A stretch of 37,883 nucleotides of DNA from Pelagibacteraceae bacterium (GTDB lineage: Bacteria > Pseudomonadota > Alphaproteobacteria > GCA-002720895): contig PBIP01000015.1 in the NCBI GenBank assembly GCA_002720895.1, forward strand, positions 1 to 37,883, written 5' to 3'. The notes beneath the pieces are model-generated. The model made no database searches and was not told where the DNA came from. It was given only the letters and a program-made list of their open reading frames with translations. Positions 18,653-27,961 of this stretch are shown piece by piece. Every line of letters begins with the position of its first letter. Within the stretch, counting starts at the first letter, position 1. Made by a program: the position numbers and the translations under genes.

Positions 18653-19742
18653 TATTTTTCATATATTTTTAAAACATCATCTTCATATTGTCTAGATGAT
18701 AAAGTTTTAAATTTTAATTTTTTAATATTTGCCTCCATTAATTTTTTTTCTGTGTCTAATACTTTTGAATTAATGAAATTTTTTGATTTAAAATAATAAA
18801 TCTTATCAATAAGATTATTTTTAAAAAATGAAGCATTTAAATTAGGGCCAGCCTCAACCAACACATTATTAAAACCCATTTTTGTCATTTCTAGAATTAC
18901 ATCTTTAAGATTTAATCTTTCTTCTCTGTTTTGATTAAATATTTTTATTTTCAATCCTAATCTATTTAATTTCATAATTTTTTTTTTTTCATTAGAAATT
19001 GTAAATACATAAGTCTTAATTTTTTTAGCAGTTTTAATAATTTTTAAACTTTCTCTTATTCTTAATTTGCTATCTAAAATAATCCTAACAGGAGAAAGAT
19101 TAATCATGCCTTGATGTCTGCAATTTAGTAAAGGATTATCATAGAGGACAGTATTAATTCCTGTAATTATAGCATCATATTTTGCTCTTAAAAAATTACC
19201 ATATTCTCTGGAACTTTCTGAGGTAATCCATTTTTTTTTATTATTTATCATTTTACCATTAATACTAATTGCAATTTTTGTGCTAATAAAAGGTTTTTTA
19301 TTTTTTATTTTATTAAAAAAACCTGAATGAATTTTTTTAATTTCATCTTTTAAAATTCCTATTGTTACTTTAATTTTTTTTTTTTTTAATTTATCAATTC
19401 CTCTCCCATTAACCTTTGGATTCGGGTCTTTTAATCCTATAACTACACGTTTTATTCTTGATTTTATAATTTGATTTACACATGGCGATGTTTTTCCATA
19501 ATGCGAGCAAGGCTCAAGAGTTGTATACAAAGTTGCGCCAGGGTATTTTTTTTTTTTAATACCATAGTTTCTGCATGAGGTACTCCTCCTGGTTGAGTCC
19601 AACCTCTATTAATAATTTGATTATTTTTTACTAGCACAGCGCCAACAGATGGATTAGGCCATGTATTTCCTATGCCTCTCAAAGATATATTTAGAGCATT
19701 TCTCATAAAATATCTATCTCTAATAGAACTTGTTCGCTCCAT
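18652..19742 (-). CDS. ribD: Bifunctional riboflavin deaminase/reductase RibD, split by a frameshift in an A12 tract
   Basis: First ORF has PNPSVGAV and HAE; second ORF has TLEPCSHYGKTSPC, DPNP, DNPLLNCR and LVEAG. The frame changes at the T run 19546-19557. Confidence 0.92.
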
Positions 19743-19753
19743 ATTTTAGATTT

Positions 19754-21058
19754 TTAAATTAATTTAGAATAAATAGGGAATTTTTTACACAAATCTAAGA
19801 CTTTGCTTTTGACCTTTTTTTCAGTTTCTGAATTATCGTGTAAATTTTTTTGCAAACCATCTAGAACATCGCCAATTAAATTTCCAATTAATTCGAATTC
19901 TTTTTCTTTAAAACCTCTAGTTGTACCAGCTGGTGTGCCTAATCTAACACCAGAAGTAACCCAAGGTTTTTCAGGATCAAAAGGAACGCCGTTTTTATTA
20001 CATGTTAAACCCGCTCTTTCTAAACTTGCTTCTGCATCTTTACCGGTTAATTTTTTTGGTCTTAAATCAACTAAGGCAAGGTGGGTATCAGTGCCTCCTG
20101 AAACTATATCTACGCCTCTTTTTATAAGAGTCGAAGCTAGTATTTTTGCATTCTTGATTACGTTAATAATATATTCCTTAAATTCAGGTTGAAGAGCTTC
20201 TCCATATGCAACAGCTTTTGCCGCAATAACATGCATCAAAGGTCCGCCTTGCATGCCTGGAAAAACTGCTGAATTAAATTTTTTTCCTAATTCTTCATCA
20301 TTAGATAAAATCATTCCTCCTCTTGGACCACGTAATGTTTTATGTGTGGTTGTTGTAACGACATGTGCATGCGGTATTGGGCTTGGATACTGATCACCAG
20401 CAACACAACCAGCAAAATGTGCCATATCAACTAGAAAAAATGCATTAACCTTATCTGCTATTTCTCTTATTCTTTTAAAATCTATTATTCTCGGATATGC
20501 AGATCCGCCGGCAATTATTAATTTAGCTTTATTTTCTACAGCCAGCTTTTCGATTTGATCATAATCCAATAACGCATCTTCTTTTTTTACACCATATTGA
20601 ATAGCGTTAAACCATTTACCTGAAACATTAGGAGCTGCACCATGTGTTAAGTGTCCACCCGCATCTAAAGACATTCCGATTACAGTATCATGTGGCTGAA
20701 CTAAAGCTAACATTACTGCTTGATTGGCTTGAGAACCAGAGTTAGGTTGAACATTAGCATATGCGCAATTAAAAATTTTCTTAGCTCTATCAATAGCCAA
20801 ATTTTCTACAGTGTCATAATATTCACATCCGCCATAATATCTTTTACCTGGATAACCTTCGGCGTATTTATTAGTCATTAAAGATCCTTGTGCTTGTATA
20901 ACAGCAAGAGATGCTATATTTTCCGAAGCAATTAATTCAATTTGATTAGTTTGTCTATCATATTCATTTTGTAAAGCTTTAGTAATTTCAGGATCTATAG
21001 AATCTAAATTATCTTGAAAAAACTTTTTTTGAATTTTTATATTTGTGTCAATACTCAT
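19754..21058 (-). CDS. glyA: Serine hydroxymethyltransferase
   Basis: [29 protein letters not shown] and [14 protein letters not shown] motifs. Confidence 0.99.
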   Translation of the reverse strand: MSIDTNIKIQKKFFQDNLDSIDPEITKALQNEYDRQTNQIELIASENIASLAVIQAQGSLMTNKYAEGYPGKRYYGGCEYYDTVENLAIDRAKKIFNCAYANVQPNSGSQANQAVMLALVQPHDTVIGMSLDAGGHLTHGAAPNVSGKWFNAIQYGVKKEDALLDYDQIEKLAVENKAKLIIAGGSAYPRIIDFKRIREIADKVNAFFLVDMAHFAGCVAGDQYPSPIPHAHVVTTTTHKTLRGPRGGMILSNDEELGKKFNSAVFPGMQGGPLMHVIAAKAVAYGEALQPEFKEYIINVIKNAKILASTLIKRGVDIVSGGTDTHLALVDLRPKKLTGKDAEASLERAGLTCNKNGVPFDPEKPWVTSGVRLGTPAGTTRGFKEKEFELIGNLIGDVLDGLQKNLHDNSETEKKVKSKVLDLCKKFPIYSKLI

Positions 21059-21077
21059 TAATCAATTATTTAAAAAG

Positions 21078-21512
21078 TTAATCTATCTTTTCAATACGTT
21101 TTTGATGTCTTCCACCATCAAAAGATGTATTTATAAATATTTTAAAACAATTTTTTGCTTCGTCTACATCTATTTGTCTTCCTGCAAATGTTAATATATT
21201 TGCATTATTGTGTTGCCTAGCAAGCTTTGCATCTTCTGTGGTTCTACATAAAGCTGCTCTAATACCTTTAAATCTATTAGCGGTTATCGACATACCAATT
21301 CCAGAACCACATATTAAAATAGCAAACTCACTTTTTTTTTTTAAGACATTATCTACTGCTAATTTTGCGTAATCAGGATAATCAACTGAATCATTGGAAT
21401 TTGTACCACAATCTAGAACTTCAAAACCCATTTGCAAAATCTCTTTTATTAAAGCTTCTTTTAAATCATGTCCAGCATGATCAGATGCTATAGTAATATT
21501 TTTGCTATTCAT
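21078..21512 (-). CDS. rpiB: Ribose-5-phosphate isomerase B
   Basis: ASDHAG, VDYPD, CGSGIGMSI.AN, HNNAN and GGRH..R motifs. Confidence 0.97.
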   Translation of the reverse strand: MNSKNITIASDHAGHDLKEALIKEILQMGFEVLDCGTNSNDSVDYPDYAKLAVDNVLKKKSEFAILICGSGIGMSITANRFKGIRAALCRTTEDAKLARQHNNANILTFAGRQIDVDEAKNCFKIFINTSFDGGRHQKRIEKID

Positions 21513-21538
21513 AATTAAAGTTTATATCCATGATAAAA

Positions 21539-23005
21539 TTATAAAAACTTTTTTTTATATTTATTTAAGTCGTTTTTTAATTCGGAGGCTAGAAAATACA
21601 TTCCTATTACATTAGGAAATGCCATTGCAAAAATCATGGCATCAGAAAAATGTATCACGCTATCTAATTCAGATGCGGCACCTACTATAACAAAAAAACA
21701 AAAAATAATTTTATAAAAGTTTTCAGCAAAAATATTATTTCCTACTAAATATGTCCAGGCTTTCATACCATAATATGACCATGTAATAATTGTTGAAAAA
21801 GCAAATAAAATTACAGCAAATGATAAAATATATGGAAACCAAGTAATATCTTTTTCAAATGCTTTAGAAGTTAATTCTATACCTGAAATACCTGAAGAAG
21901 GATCGTATGCTCCTGAAATAATAATAACTAAGGCTGTCATAGTACATATTATAATCGTATCAAAAAAAGGTTCGAATAAAGAAACAAAACCAGCAGATAA
22001 ATGGTTGTCGCTTTTTACAGCAGAATATGCTATTGGGGCTGAACCAATTCCAGCCTCATTAGAAAAAGTTGCTCTTTGAAAACCAACAATAAGTACTCCT
22101 AAAATTCCTCCCATTCCTGCTTCTGGAGTAAAGGCCAATGTAAATATGCTTGCTATAGCACTAGGAAGCATCTCGTAATTTATAAAAATTATAATTAAAG
22201 CTGCTAAAGAATAAATTCCTCCCATTAATGGAACTACTTTTTCAGTTACTTTTGCAATACCTCTTATTCCTCCAATAATTACTATGCCAACAAGAACTGC
22301 TAGAAAAAAACCAAATAACCAACCATATCCATAAAATATACTTGCCTCCCCACCAGTGGCATTGAGTAATTGTCTAAATGATTGATTGGCTTGAAACATA
22401 TTGCCGCCACCAAAAGAACCTAGAACAGCTGCTATTGCAAAAAAAGTAGCTAAAAACTGCCCGGCTGAAGGTAATTTTATTTTAAAGCTAGTTGGGAATG
22501 CAGTAATTTCTATTTTTTTTTTCGGAAGACCTCGGCTTAAATAATACATTGGCCCTCCTGAAACTGTGCCATCTCGATTAAAAGTTCTATATTTTAAACC
22601 TAAAGAACATTCAACGAACTTTGCTGCCATAGCTAAAAAACCCGCAAAAATCATCCATAGTGTTGCTCCTGGTCCACCTAAAGAAACTGCAACTGCTACA
22701 CCTGCTATGTTCCCCAAACCTACTGTTCCGGAAAGTGCTGCTGTTAATGCTTGAAAATGTGTAACTTCTCCTTTTGCTTTATCAAATCTATTTTTAAACT
22801 TTCCAGAAATAAGATCTATAGAATGTTTAAATCCCCAAATATTTACAAATTTTAAATAAAAACTAAAGAATAAAGCAGCTAAAAACAACCAGACAACTAT
22901 CAACTTTATATTTGCTTCACCGTATTTGATACTGTAAAAAATTACATTAGAAATAAATTCTGATACGGGTTCGAATTTTTCATTAATTATGTGATCTAGT
23001 CTCAT
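21539..23005 (-). CDS. Alanine/glycine:cation symporter (AGCS family)
   Basis: GTVGLGNIAGVA.A...GGPGA..WM, GGPMYY, FSNEAG.GSAP and DTIIICTMT motifs. Confidence 0.95.
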   Translation of the reverse strand: MRLDHIINEKFEPVSEFISNVIFYSIKYGEANIKLIVVWLFLAALFFSFYLKFVNIWGFKHSIDLISGKFKNRFDKAKGEVTHFQALTAALSGTVGLGNIAGVAVAVSLGGPGATLWMIFAGFLAMAAKFVECSLGLKYRTFNRDGTVSGGPMYYLSRGLPKKKIEITAFPTSFKIKLPSAGQFLATFFAIAAVLGSFGGGNMFQANQSFRQLLNATGGEASIFYGYGWLFGFFLAVLVGIVIIGGIRGIAKVTEKVVPLMGGIYSLAALIIIFINYEMLPSAIASIFTLAFTPEAGMGGILGVLIVGFQRATFSNEAGIGSAPIAYSAVKSDNHLSAGFVSLFEPFFDTIIICTMTALVIIISGAYDPSSGISGIELTSKAFEKDITWFPYILSFAVILFAFSTIITWSYYGMKAWTYLVGNNIFAENFYKIIFCFFVIVGAASELDSVIHFSDAMIFAMAFPNVIGMYFLASELKNDLNKYKKKFL

Positions 23006-24308
23006 CTAATTTTTTTAATCCCTGATAAATTATTTTATAAGAATATTTTAATTCTTTTTTTAGAATACAATATGGTGGCATAATATAAATAACATTTCCT
23101 AATGGTCTTAATAATAATCCTTTATCTAAAAAGAATTTTTTAATTTTCATTGGAATAATTGCTCTATATCCACTTCCAAATCCTTTTATATTAAAAGCAA
23201 TTATAGTTCCACAAATTCTAATTTTTTCAACTATTTCTAATTTTCTTAATTTTTTTGAAAATATATAATGTTGTCTTTCAATATTTTTAATTTTTTCAAA
23301 AACTTTTTTAGATTTAAATAAATTTAATGATGCAATTGAAGCTGCGCAACCTAAAGGATTGGCTGTAAAAGAATGTCCATGAGCTAATGCTTTATCGAAG
23401 TTGGTGCCTAAAAAATTTTTATAAATTTTATCTGTAGTTATTGTAAGAGATAATGGAAGAAACCCACCTGTTAAACCTTTTGATAGACATATTATATCAG
23501 GTTTAGTATTTGTCTTTTTACATGCAAAAAAATCACCTGTTCTTCCAAAACCTGTCATTACTTCATCAAAAATTAAAAGATTTTTTCGTTTATTAATAAC
23601 TTTAGCTAGTTTTTTAATAAAAATTTCTCTACAAACATTCATCCCTCCAGATCCTTGTATCAATGGCTCTATAATTATCCCTGCTATATCATGATTATTT
23701 TTTAATTCTTTATCAATTTTTTCTAGTACTAATTCTTCTTTTTTTTCTATTTTATTATCGCCTTCCCATGTAGAAGGATAATCAAATAATTTTATTTTAA
23801 AAAAAAGATCTTTAAATGTAGAAAATAAATCTGATCCGCTACTTAAACTCATAGCACCAACTGTGTCTCCGTGATATGCATTTTTAAAAGCTATAAAAGT
23901 TTTTTTTTTTTTATTTTTATTGAACCAATATTGATAAGCAATTTTTAAGGCTACTTCAACAGCAGTAGATCCATTATCTGAAAAAAAAACCTTTTTAAGG
24001 TTTTTAGGTAAAATTTTTATAATTTTTTTTGCTAATTCAATTGCAGGCTCATGAGTAAAACCTCCAAATATAACTTGTTCTATTTTTTTTGATTGTTTAA
24101 ATATTGCTCTTGCAATATAAGGATGACAATGTCCATGAACATTAACCCACCAAGAAGAAATTAAATCAATGTAAGAGTTACCTTTTTCATCTTTTAATTT
24201 GGTCATCTTTCCAGAAACTATTTTTATGGGTAAAGGAGAAATCTTATGTTGGGTAAAAGGATGCCAAATATATTTTTCGTCTTGCTTTATTGATTTAGTA
24301 ATTGTCAT
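22983..24308 (-). CDS. bioA: Adenosylmethionine-8-amino-7-oxononanoate aminotransferase
   Basis: IWHPFTQ, SSWWVNVHGH, DNGSTAVEVALK, YHGDT, DEVMTGFGRTG and LSKGLTGG motifs. Confidence 0.97.
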   Translation of the reverse strand: MTITKSIKQDEKYIWHPFTQHKISPLPIKIVSGKMTKLKDEKGNSYIDLISSWWVNVHGHCHPYIARAIFKQSKKIEQVIFGGFTHEPAIELAKKIIKILPKNLKKVFFSDNGSTAVEVALKIAYQYWFNKNKKKKTFIAFKNAYHGDTVGAMSLSSGSDLFSTFKDLFFKIKLFDYPSTWEGDNKIEKKEELVLEKIDKELKNNHDIAGIIIEPLIQGSGGMNVCREIFIKKLAKVINKRKNLLIFDEVMTGFGRTGDFFACKKTNTKPDIICLSKGLTGGFLPLSLTITTDKIYKNFLGTNFDKALAHGHSFTANPLGCAASIASLNLFKSKKVFEKIKNIERQHYIFSKKLRKLEIVEKIRICGTIIAFNIKGFGSGYRAIIPMKIKKFFLDKGLLLRPLGNVIYIMPPYCILKKELKYSYKIIYQGLKKLDETRSHN

Positions 24309-24946
24309 AATTTGAATACATTAAATGATGTTTTTTTCGATAATGATATGATCTTTTTTTTATTTAAATCTTTAAAAAATGAAATTTTTTCTAAAACCTT
24401 AACATTGCCATATTGTTCTATAGATTTAGCATGATTATCTCCTTCAATTTTATTTTTTATATTATTTAAAACAATTCCGAAAATATTTATTTTATTTTTT
24501 TTTAAAATTTCAATTGTCATTAAAGTATGATTGATTGTTCCTAAAACAGAATTGGAAACAATAATTACAGGAAGTTTAAATTTTTTTATTAAATCAATAA
24601 TTAAATTATTTTTATTTAAAGGAACAAGGATACCACCCGCGCCTTCTATAATCATGGGTATTTTTGAATTAGGTTTTTTTATTTTTTTCATATTAATTGA
24701 TTTTTTTTCATAATTAGATGCCAAATGAGGAGATAAAGGTTTTATAAAAGAATAAATTGGTTTATGAAATCTATTTTTTATAGTTTTGGTATTTTTTTCA
24801 ATATGTAAAGTATCGTTTTCCAGATTTTTTCCGGTTTGTATAGGCTTCCAATAATCATAATTAAATTTTTGAATTAATATAGATGAAAAAAAAGTCTTGC
24901 CGACATTTGTATCAGTTCCAGTAATAAAAAAACCTTTTTTATTCAT
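24305..24946 (-). CDS. bioD: Dethiobiotin synthase
   Basis: ITGTDTNVGKT, WKPIQTG, SPHLA, EGAGG and LGTINHT motifs. Confidence 0.97.
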   Translation of the reverse strand: MNKKGFFITGTDTNVGKTFFSSILIQKFNYDYWKPIQTGKNLENDTLHIEKNTKTIKNRFHKPIYSFIKPLSPHLASNYEKKSINMKKIKKPNSKIPMIIEGAGGILVPLNKNNLIIDLIKKFKLPVIIVSNSVLGTINHTLMTIEILKKNKINIFGIVLNNIKNKIEGDNHAKSIEQYGNVKVLEKISFFKDLNKKKIISLSKKTSFNVFKL

Positions 24947-24955
24947 ATTATCAAT

Positions 24956-26137
24956 TTATATTTTTAAATTTTTTAATAAATTAAACAATTTTTTTATATC
25001 ATTTTGACTGTGATTACTTGAAATAGAAATTCTTAATCTCGAAGTGTTTGAGGGAACAGAAGGTGGTCTTATTGGTACAATATATATTCCTTTTTTTTCT
25101 AATTTCTTCGAAATTAAAATTGTTTTATTGGTATTTCCAATAATTATTGGAATAATATTTGTTTGAGAATTACCAATATTGAAGTTTTCTTTTTTTAGCA
25201 TGTTTCTAAAAATAAAAGAATTTTTTATTAATTTTTTTCTTTCATTATTTAATTTTGGAATAATTTTTATAGCTGAATAAATAGATGCTAATAAGCTAAA
25301 AGGTAAAGAGGTTGAGTATATAAAGCTTGGACATTTATTGATTAAAAAAGATTTTAAATTCTTTCTACAACTTATATAGGCTCCAAAACTTCCAAATGCT
25401 TTGCTAAATGTTCCTGTAACACAATCAATATCGTTTTTAAACTTTGTAGAAAAACCAAATCCTTCATTGCCATAAATTCCAGTTGCATGTGCTTCATCTA
25501 AAAATAAAAAAGAATTATATTTTTTTTTCAAATAAACAAGATTCTTAATGTCTGCAAAATCTCCGTCCATACTAAACACGGATTCAGATAGAATAAATTT
25601 AGGATTTGACTTTAATTTATTTTTTTTCAACAAATATTCTAAGTGATTCATATCATTATGTTTAAAACGTAAAAAATTAATTTTTTTATTTTTACATCCT
25701 TCATAGATGCATTGATGATTTAATTTATCTGAAAAAACAATTGGGGTTTTTGTAAATACATCAGAACTAAGTATTGAAGATAAAACTGAATAATTTGCAA
25801 GGTAACCTGTGCTAAAAATTATAGATGACTGTGATCTCTTTTTTTTGGCTAATAAGCTCTCTATTTTTTCATGAAAATCAAAATTTCCTGATACTAAACG
25901 TGAAGAACCGCTACCTATACCATGTTTTTTAATTACCCTAATTGTATCATTCTTCATAATTTTATTTTGTGATAAACCTAGATAATCGTTTGAAGAAAAA
26001 TTAATTAAGATTTTATCTTTATATTTAACTTTAATAGAGCTGATTTTTTTTAGTGATTTTAGGCTTCTATCGAGGTTTTTTTTCCTTAATTCTAAAATGG
26101 ATCTTAAAAAAATTTGGTCAAAATTGAATTTTTTCAT
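24956..26137 (-). CDS. bioF: 8-amino-7-oxononanoate synthase
   Basis: FSSNDYLGL, GSGSSRL, ESVFSMDGD, DEAHATG, GTFSKAFG and IRPPSVP motifs; adjacent to bioD/bioA. Confidence 0.95.
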   Translation of the reverse strand: MKKFNFDQIFLRSILELRKKNLDRSLKSLKKISSIKVKYKDKILINFSSNDYLGLSQNKIMKNDTIRVIKKHGIGSGSSRLVSGNFDFHEKIESLLAKKKRSQSSIIFSTGYLANYSVLSSILSSDVFTKTPIVFSDKLNHQCIYEGCKNKKINFLRFKHNDMNHLEYLLKKNKLKSNPKFILSESVFSMDGDFADIKNLVYLKKKYNSFLFLDEAHATGIYGNEGFGFSTKFKNDIDCVTGTFSKAFGSFGAYISCRKNLKSFLINKCPSFIYSTSLPFSLLASIYSAIKIIPKLNNERKKLIKNSFIFRNMLKKENFNIGNSQTNIIPIIIGNTNKTILISKKLEKKGIYIVPIRPPSVPSNTSRLRISISSNHSQNDIKKLFNLLKNLKI

Positions 26138-26185
26138 TTAATTTCTATGATTTTTTACAATATATATTCTATTAAACTGTGTAAT

Positions 26186-26217
26186 TTTTTTTATACTTTA
26201 TTTTAAGTATAAAAAAA
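26186..26217. repeat. 13-bp perfect inverted repeat in the divergent bioF/hemB intergenic region (possible operator)
   Basis: TTTTTTTATACTT (26186-26198), 6-nt spacer, AAGTATAAAAAAA (26205-26217). The repeat is seen directly; function is unknown. Confidence 0.5.
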
Positions 26218-26243
26218 TTTTTTTTGGGATCAAATTTGGGAAT

Positions 26244-27248
26244 ATGAATAAAAGATTTACAATTGGTAAATTTCCTCGTACAAGGTTAAGAAGAAATAGG
26301 CAGTCTCCGTGGTGTAGAAATTTAATTTCTGAAACAGAACTAAGTGTCAATGATCTTATTTACCCTATGTTCGTTACCAATGGAAAAAAAATTACCGAAA
26401 ATATTAAATCTCTTCCCTCTGTCAAAAGATATAGTATTGATATAATTCTTAAAAAAATCGAGGAAGTTAAGAAACTTGGGATACCTGCTATTGCTCTTTT
26501 CCCTTATGTAGAAAAAAAACTAAAAACATTTGATGGAAAAGAGGCGCTTAATAAAAATAATCTTATTTGTAAATCAATAAAAGAAATAAAAAAAAAATTT
26601 CCTGATCTAGGTTTGATATGTGATGTTGCACTTGATCCCTATACAACTCATGGGCATGACGGAATTTTAAGAAATAATTGTATTGTAAATGATGAAACAA
26701 TAGAAATTTTATCTCAACAAGCAATTATACAAGCAGAAGCAGGGGCTGATATAATTGCACCCTCAGATATGATGGATGGAAGAATCGGCGTGATAAGAGA
26801 TAGACTAGATAATGAAGGTTTTGGCAATACAATCATATTGTCATATGCAGCAAAATTTGCTTCTAATTTTTACGGACCGTTTAGAGATGCAGTTGGATCA
26901 TCAAAATCATTAGGCAAAACAGATAAAAAAACTTATCAAATGAATTTTCAAAATTCAAATGAGGCGATTAGAGAGGTATCAATGGATATAAACGAAGGTG
27001 CTGATATGGTTATGATTAAACCTGCGCTTCCATACCTAGATATAATTTCAAAAGTTAAACGAAAATTTAATATTCCGATTTTTGCATACCAGGTAAGTGG
27101 CGAATATTCAATGCTAAAACATGCTGAAAAAGAAAATTCTTTGAATTATAAAAAATGTCTGTATGAAAGTTTAATTTCTATAAAAAGAGCAGGTGCATCT
27201 GCTATTTTTTGTTATGGAGCCATTGATATTGCTAAAAACTTAAAATGA
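26244..27248 (+). CDS. hemB: Porphobilinogen synthase (ALA dehydratase)
   Basis: R.RR.R start, DVALDPYTTHGHDG, APSDMMDGR, FYGPFRDA, MIKP and AYQVSGEY motifs; Asp-rich, non-Zn type metal site. Confidence 0.98.
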   Translation: MNKRFTIGKFPRTRLRRNRQSPWCRNLISETELSVNDLIYPMFVTNGKKITENIKSLPSVKRYSIDIILKKIEEVKKLGIPAIALFPYVEKKLKTFDGKEALNKNNLICKSIKEIKKKFPDLGLICDVALDPYTTHGHDGILRNNCIVNDETIEILSQQAIIQAEAGADIIAPSDMMDGRIGVIRDRLDNEGFGNTIILSYAAKFASNFYGPFRDAVGSSKSLGKTDKKTYQMNFQNSNEAIREVSMDINEGADMVMIKPALPYLDIISKVKRKFNIPIFAYQVSGEYSMLKHAEKENSLNYKKCLYESLISIKRAGASAIFCYGAIDIAKNLK

Positions 27249-27961
27249 ATAAACCTACAAAAATATTAAAAAATTTAAACTTTCAAAGATCTTTACCTCG
27301 ACCATGTCCTTATATTCTTGGGAGAAAAGAACATTTATTGTTTACCGATTTAACAAAATTTGTAAGTAAAAAAATGCAAGAAAAACTAGTATCTGAAGGA
27401 TTTAGAAGAAGTGAAAATATTTTTTATAAACCAAACTGTAAAACATGTAAATCATGTTTGTCGACTAGAATTGTTGTAAACGATTTTATATTTACTAAAA
27501 ATTTTAAAAGAATTTTAAAGAAAAATTATGATTTAAAATATAAAATAGAAAAACCGCAAACAAATAGAGCTCATTATAAGCTATTTAAAAATTACATAAA
27601 TTCGCGCCATTCAAAAGGAGATATGATGGATATGACATACCTAGATTTTAGAACTATGTTAGAAATTTCTCCTGTTAAAACAAAAGTTTTAAACATATAT
27701 AAAAATAATAAATTCTTTGGGGCAATACTTTTTGATGTATATGGAGAATCTTTTTCAGCCAATTACTCATTTTTTAATCCAAAATTCAAAAATAAAAGCT
27801 TGGGTAGTTTTTTAATTTTAAAACTTATAGAAGAAGCGCAAAAAGAAAAAAAAAAGTATTTGTATCTTGGATACTATATTAAAGAATGTGATAAAATGTC
27901 TTATAAAATAAATTTCAAGCCTATACAAATCCTTAAAAATAAAAAGTGGGAAACTTTTTGA
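27245..27961 (+). CDS. ate: Bacterial ATE/Bpt-family aminoacyl-tRNA--protein transferase
   Basis: PCPY, GFRRS...Y.P.C..C..C, SLGSFLIL and YLYLGYYI..C.KMSYK motifs. Confidence 0.92.
   Translation: MNKPTKILKNLNFQRSLPRPCPYILGRKEHLLFTDLTKFVSKKMQEKLVSEGFRRSENIFYKPNCKTCKSCLSTRIVVNDFIFTKNFKRILKKNYDLKYKIEKPQTNRAHYKLFKNYINSRHSKGDMMDMTYLDFRTMLEISPVKTKVLNIYKNNKFFGAILFDVYGESFSANYSFFNPKFKNKSLGSFLILKLIEEAQKEKKKYLYLGYYIKECDKMSYKINFKPIQILKNKKWETF

Noticed and set aside
19476-19742. Separate 88-aa gene upstream of ribD
   Set aside because: It is the N-terminal part of RibD before the poly-A frameshift.
19743-21538. FMN, glycine or TPP riboswitches ahead of the rib, glyA, AGCS or thiL genes
   Set aside because: Intergenic gaps are under 30 nt or overlapping, and no conserved aptamer sequence is visible.
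26244-27961. hemB-ate pairing as a novel system
   Set aside because: To my knowledge this neighbourhood is common in Alphaproteobacteria.
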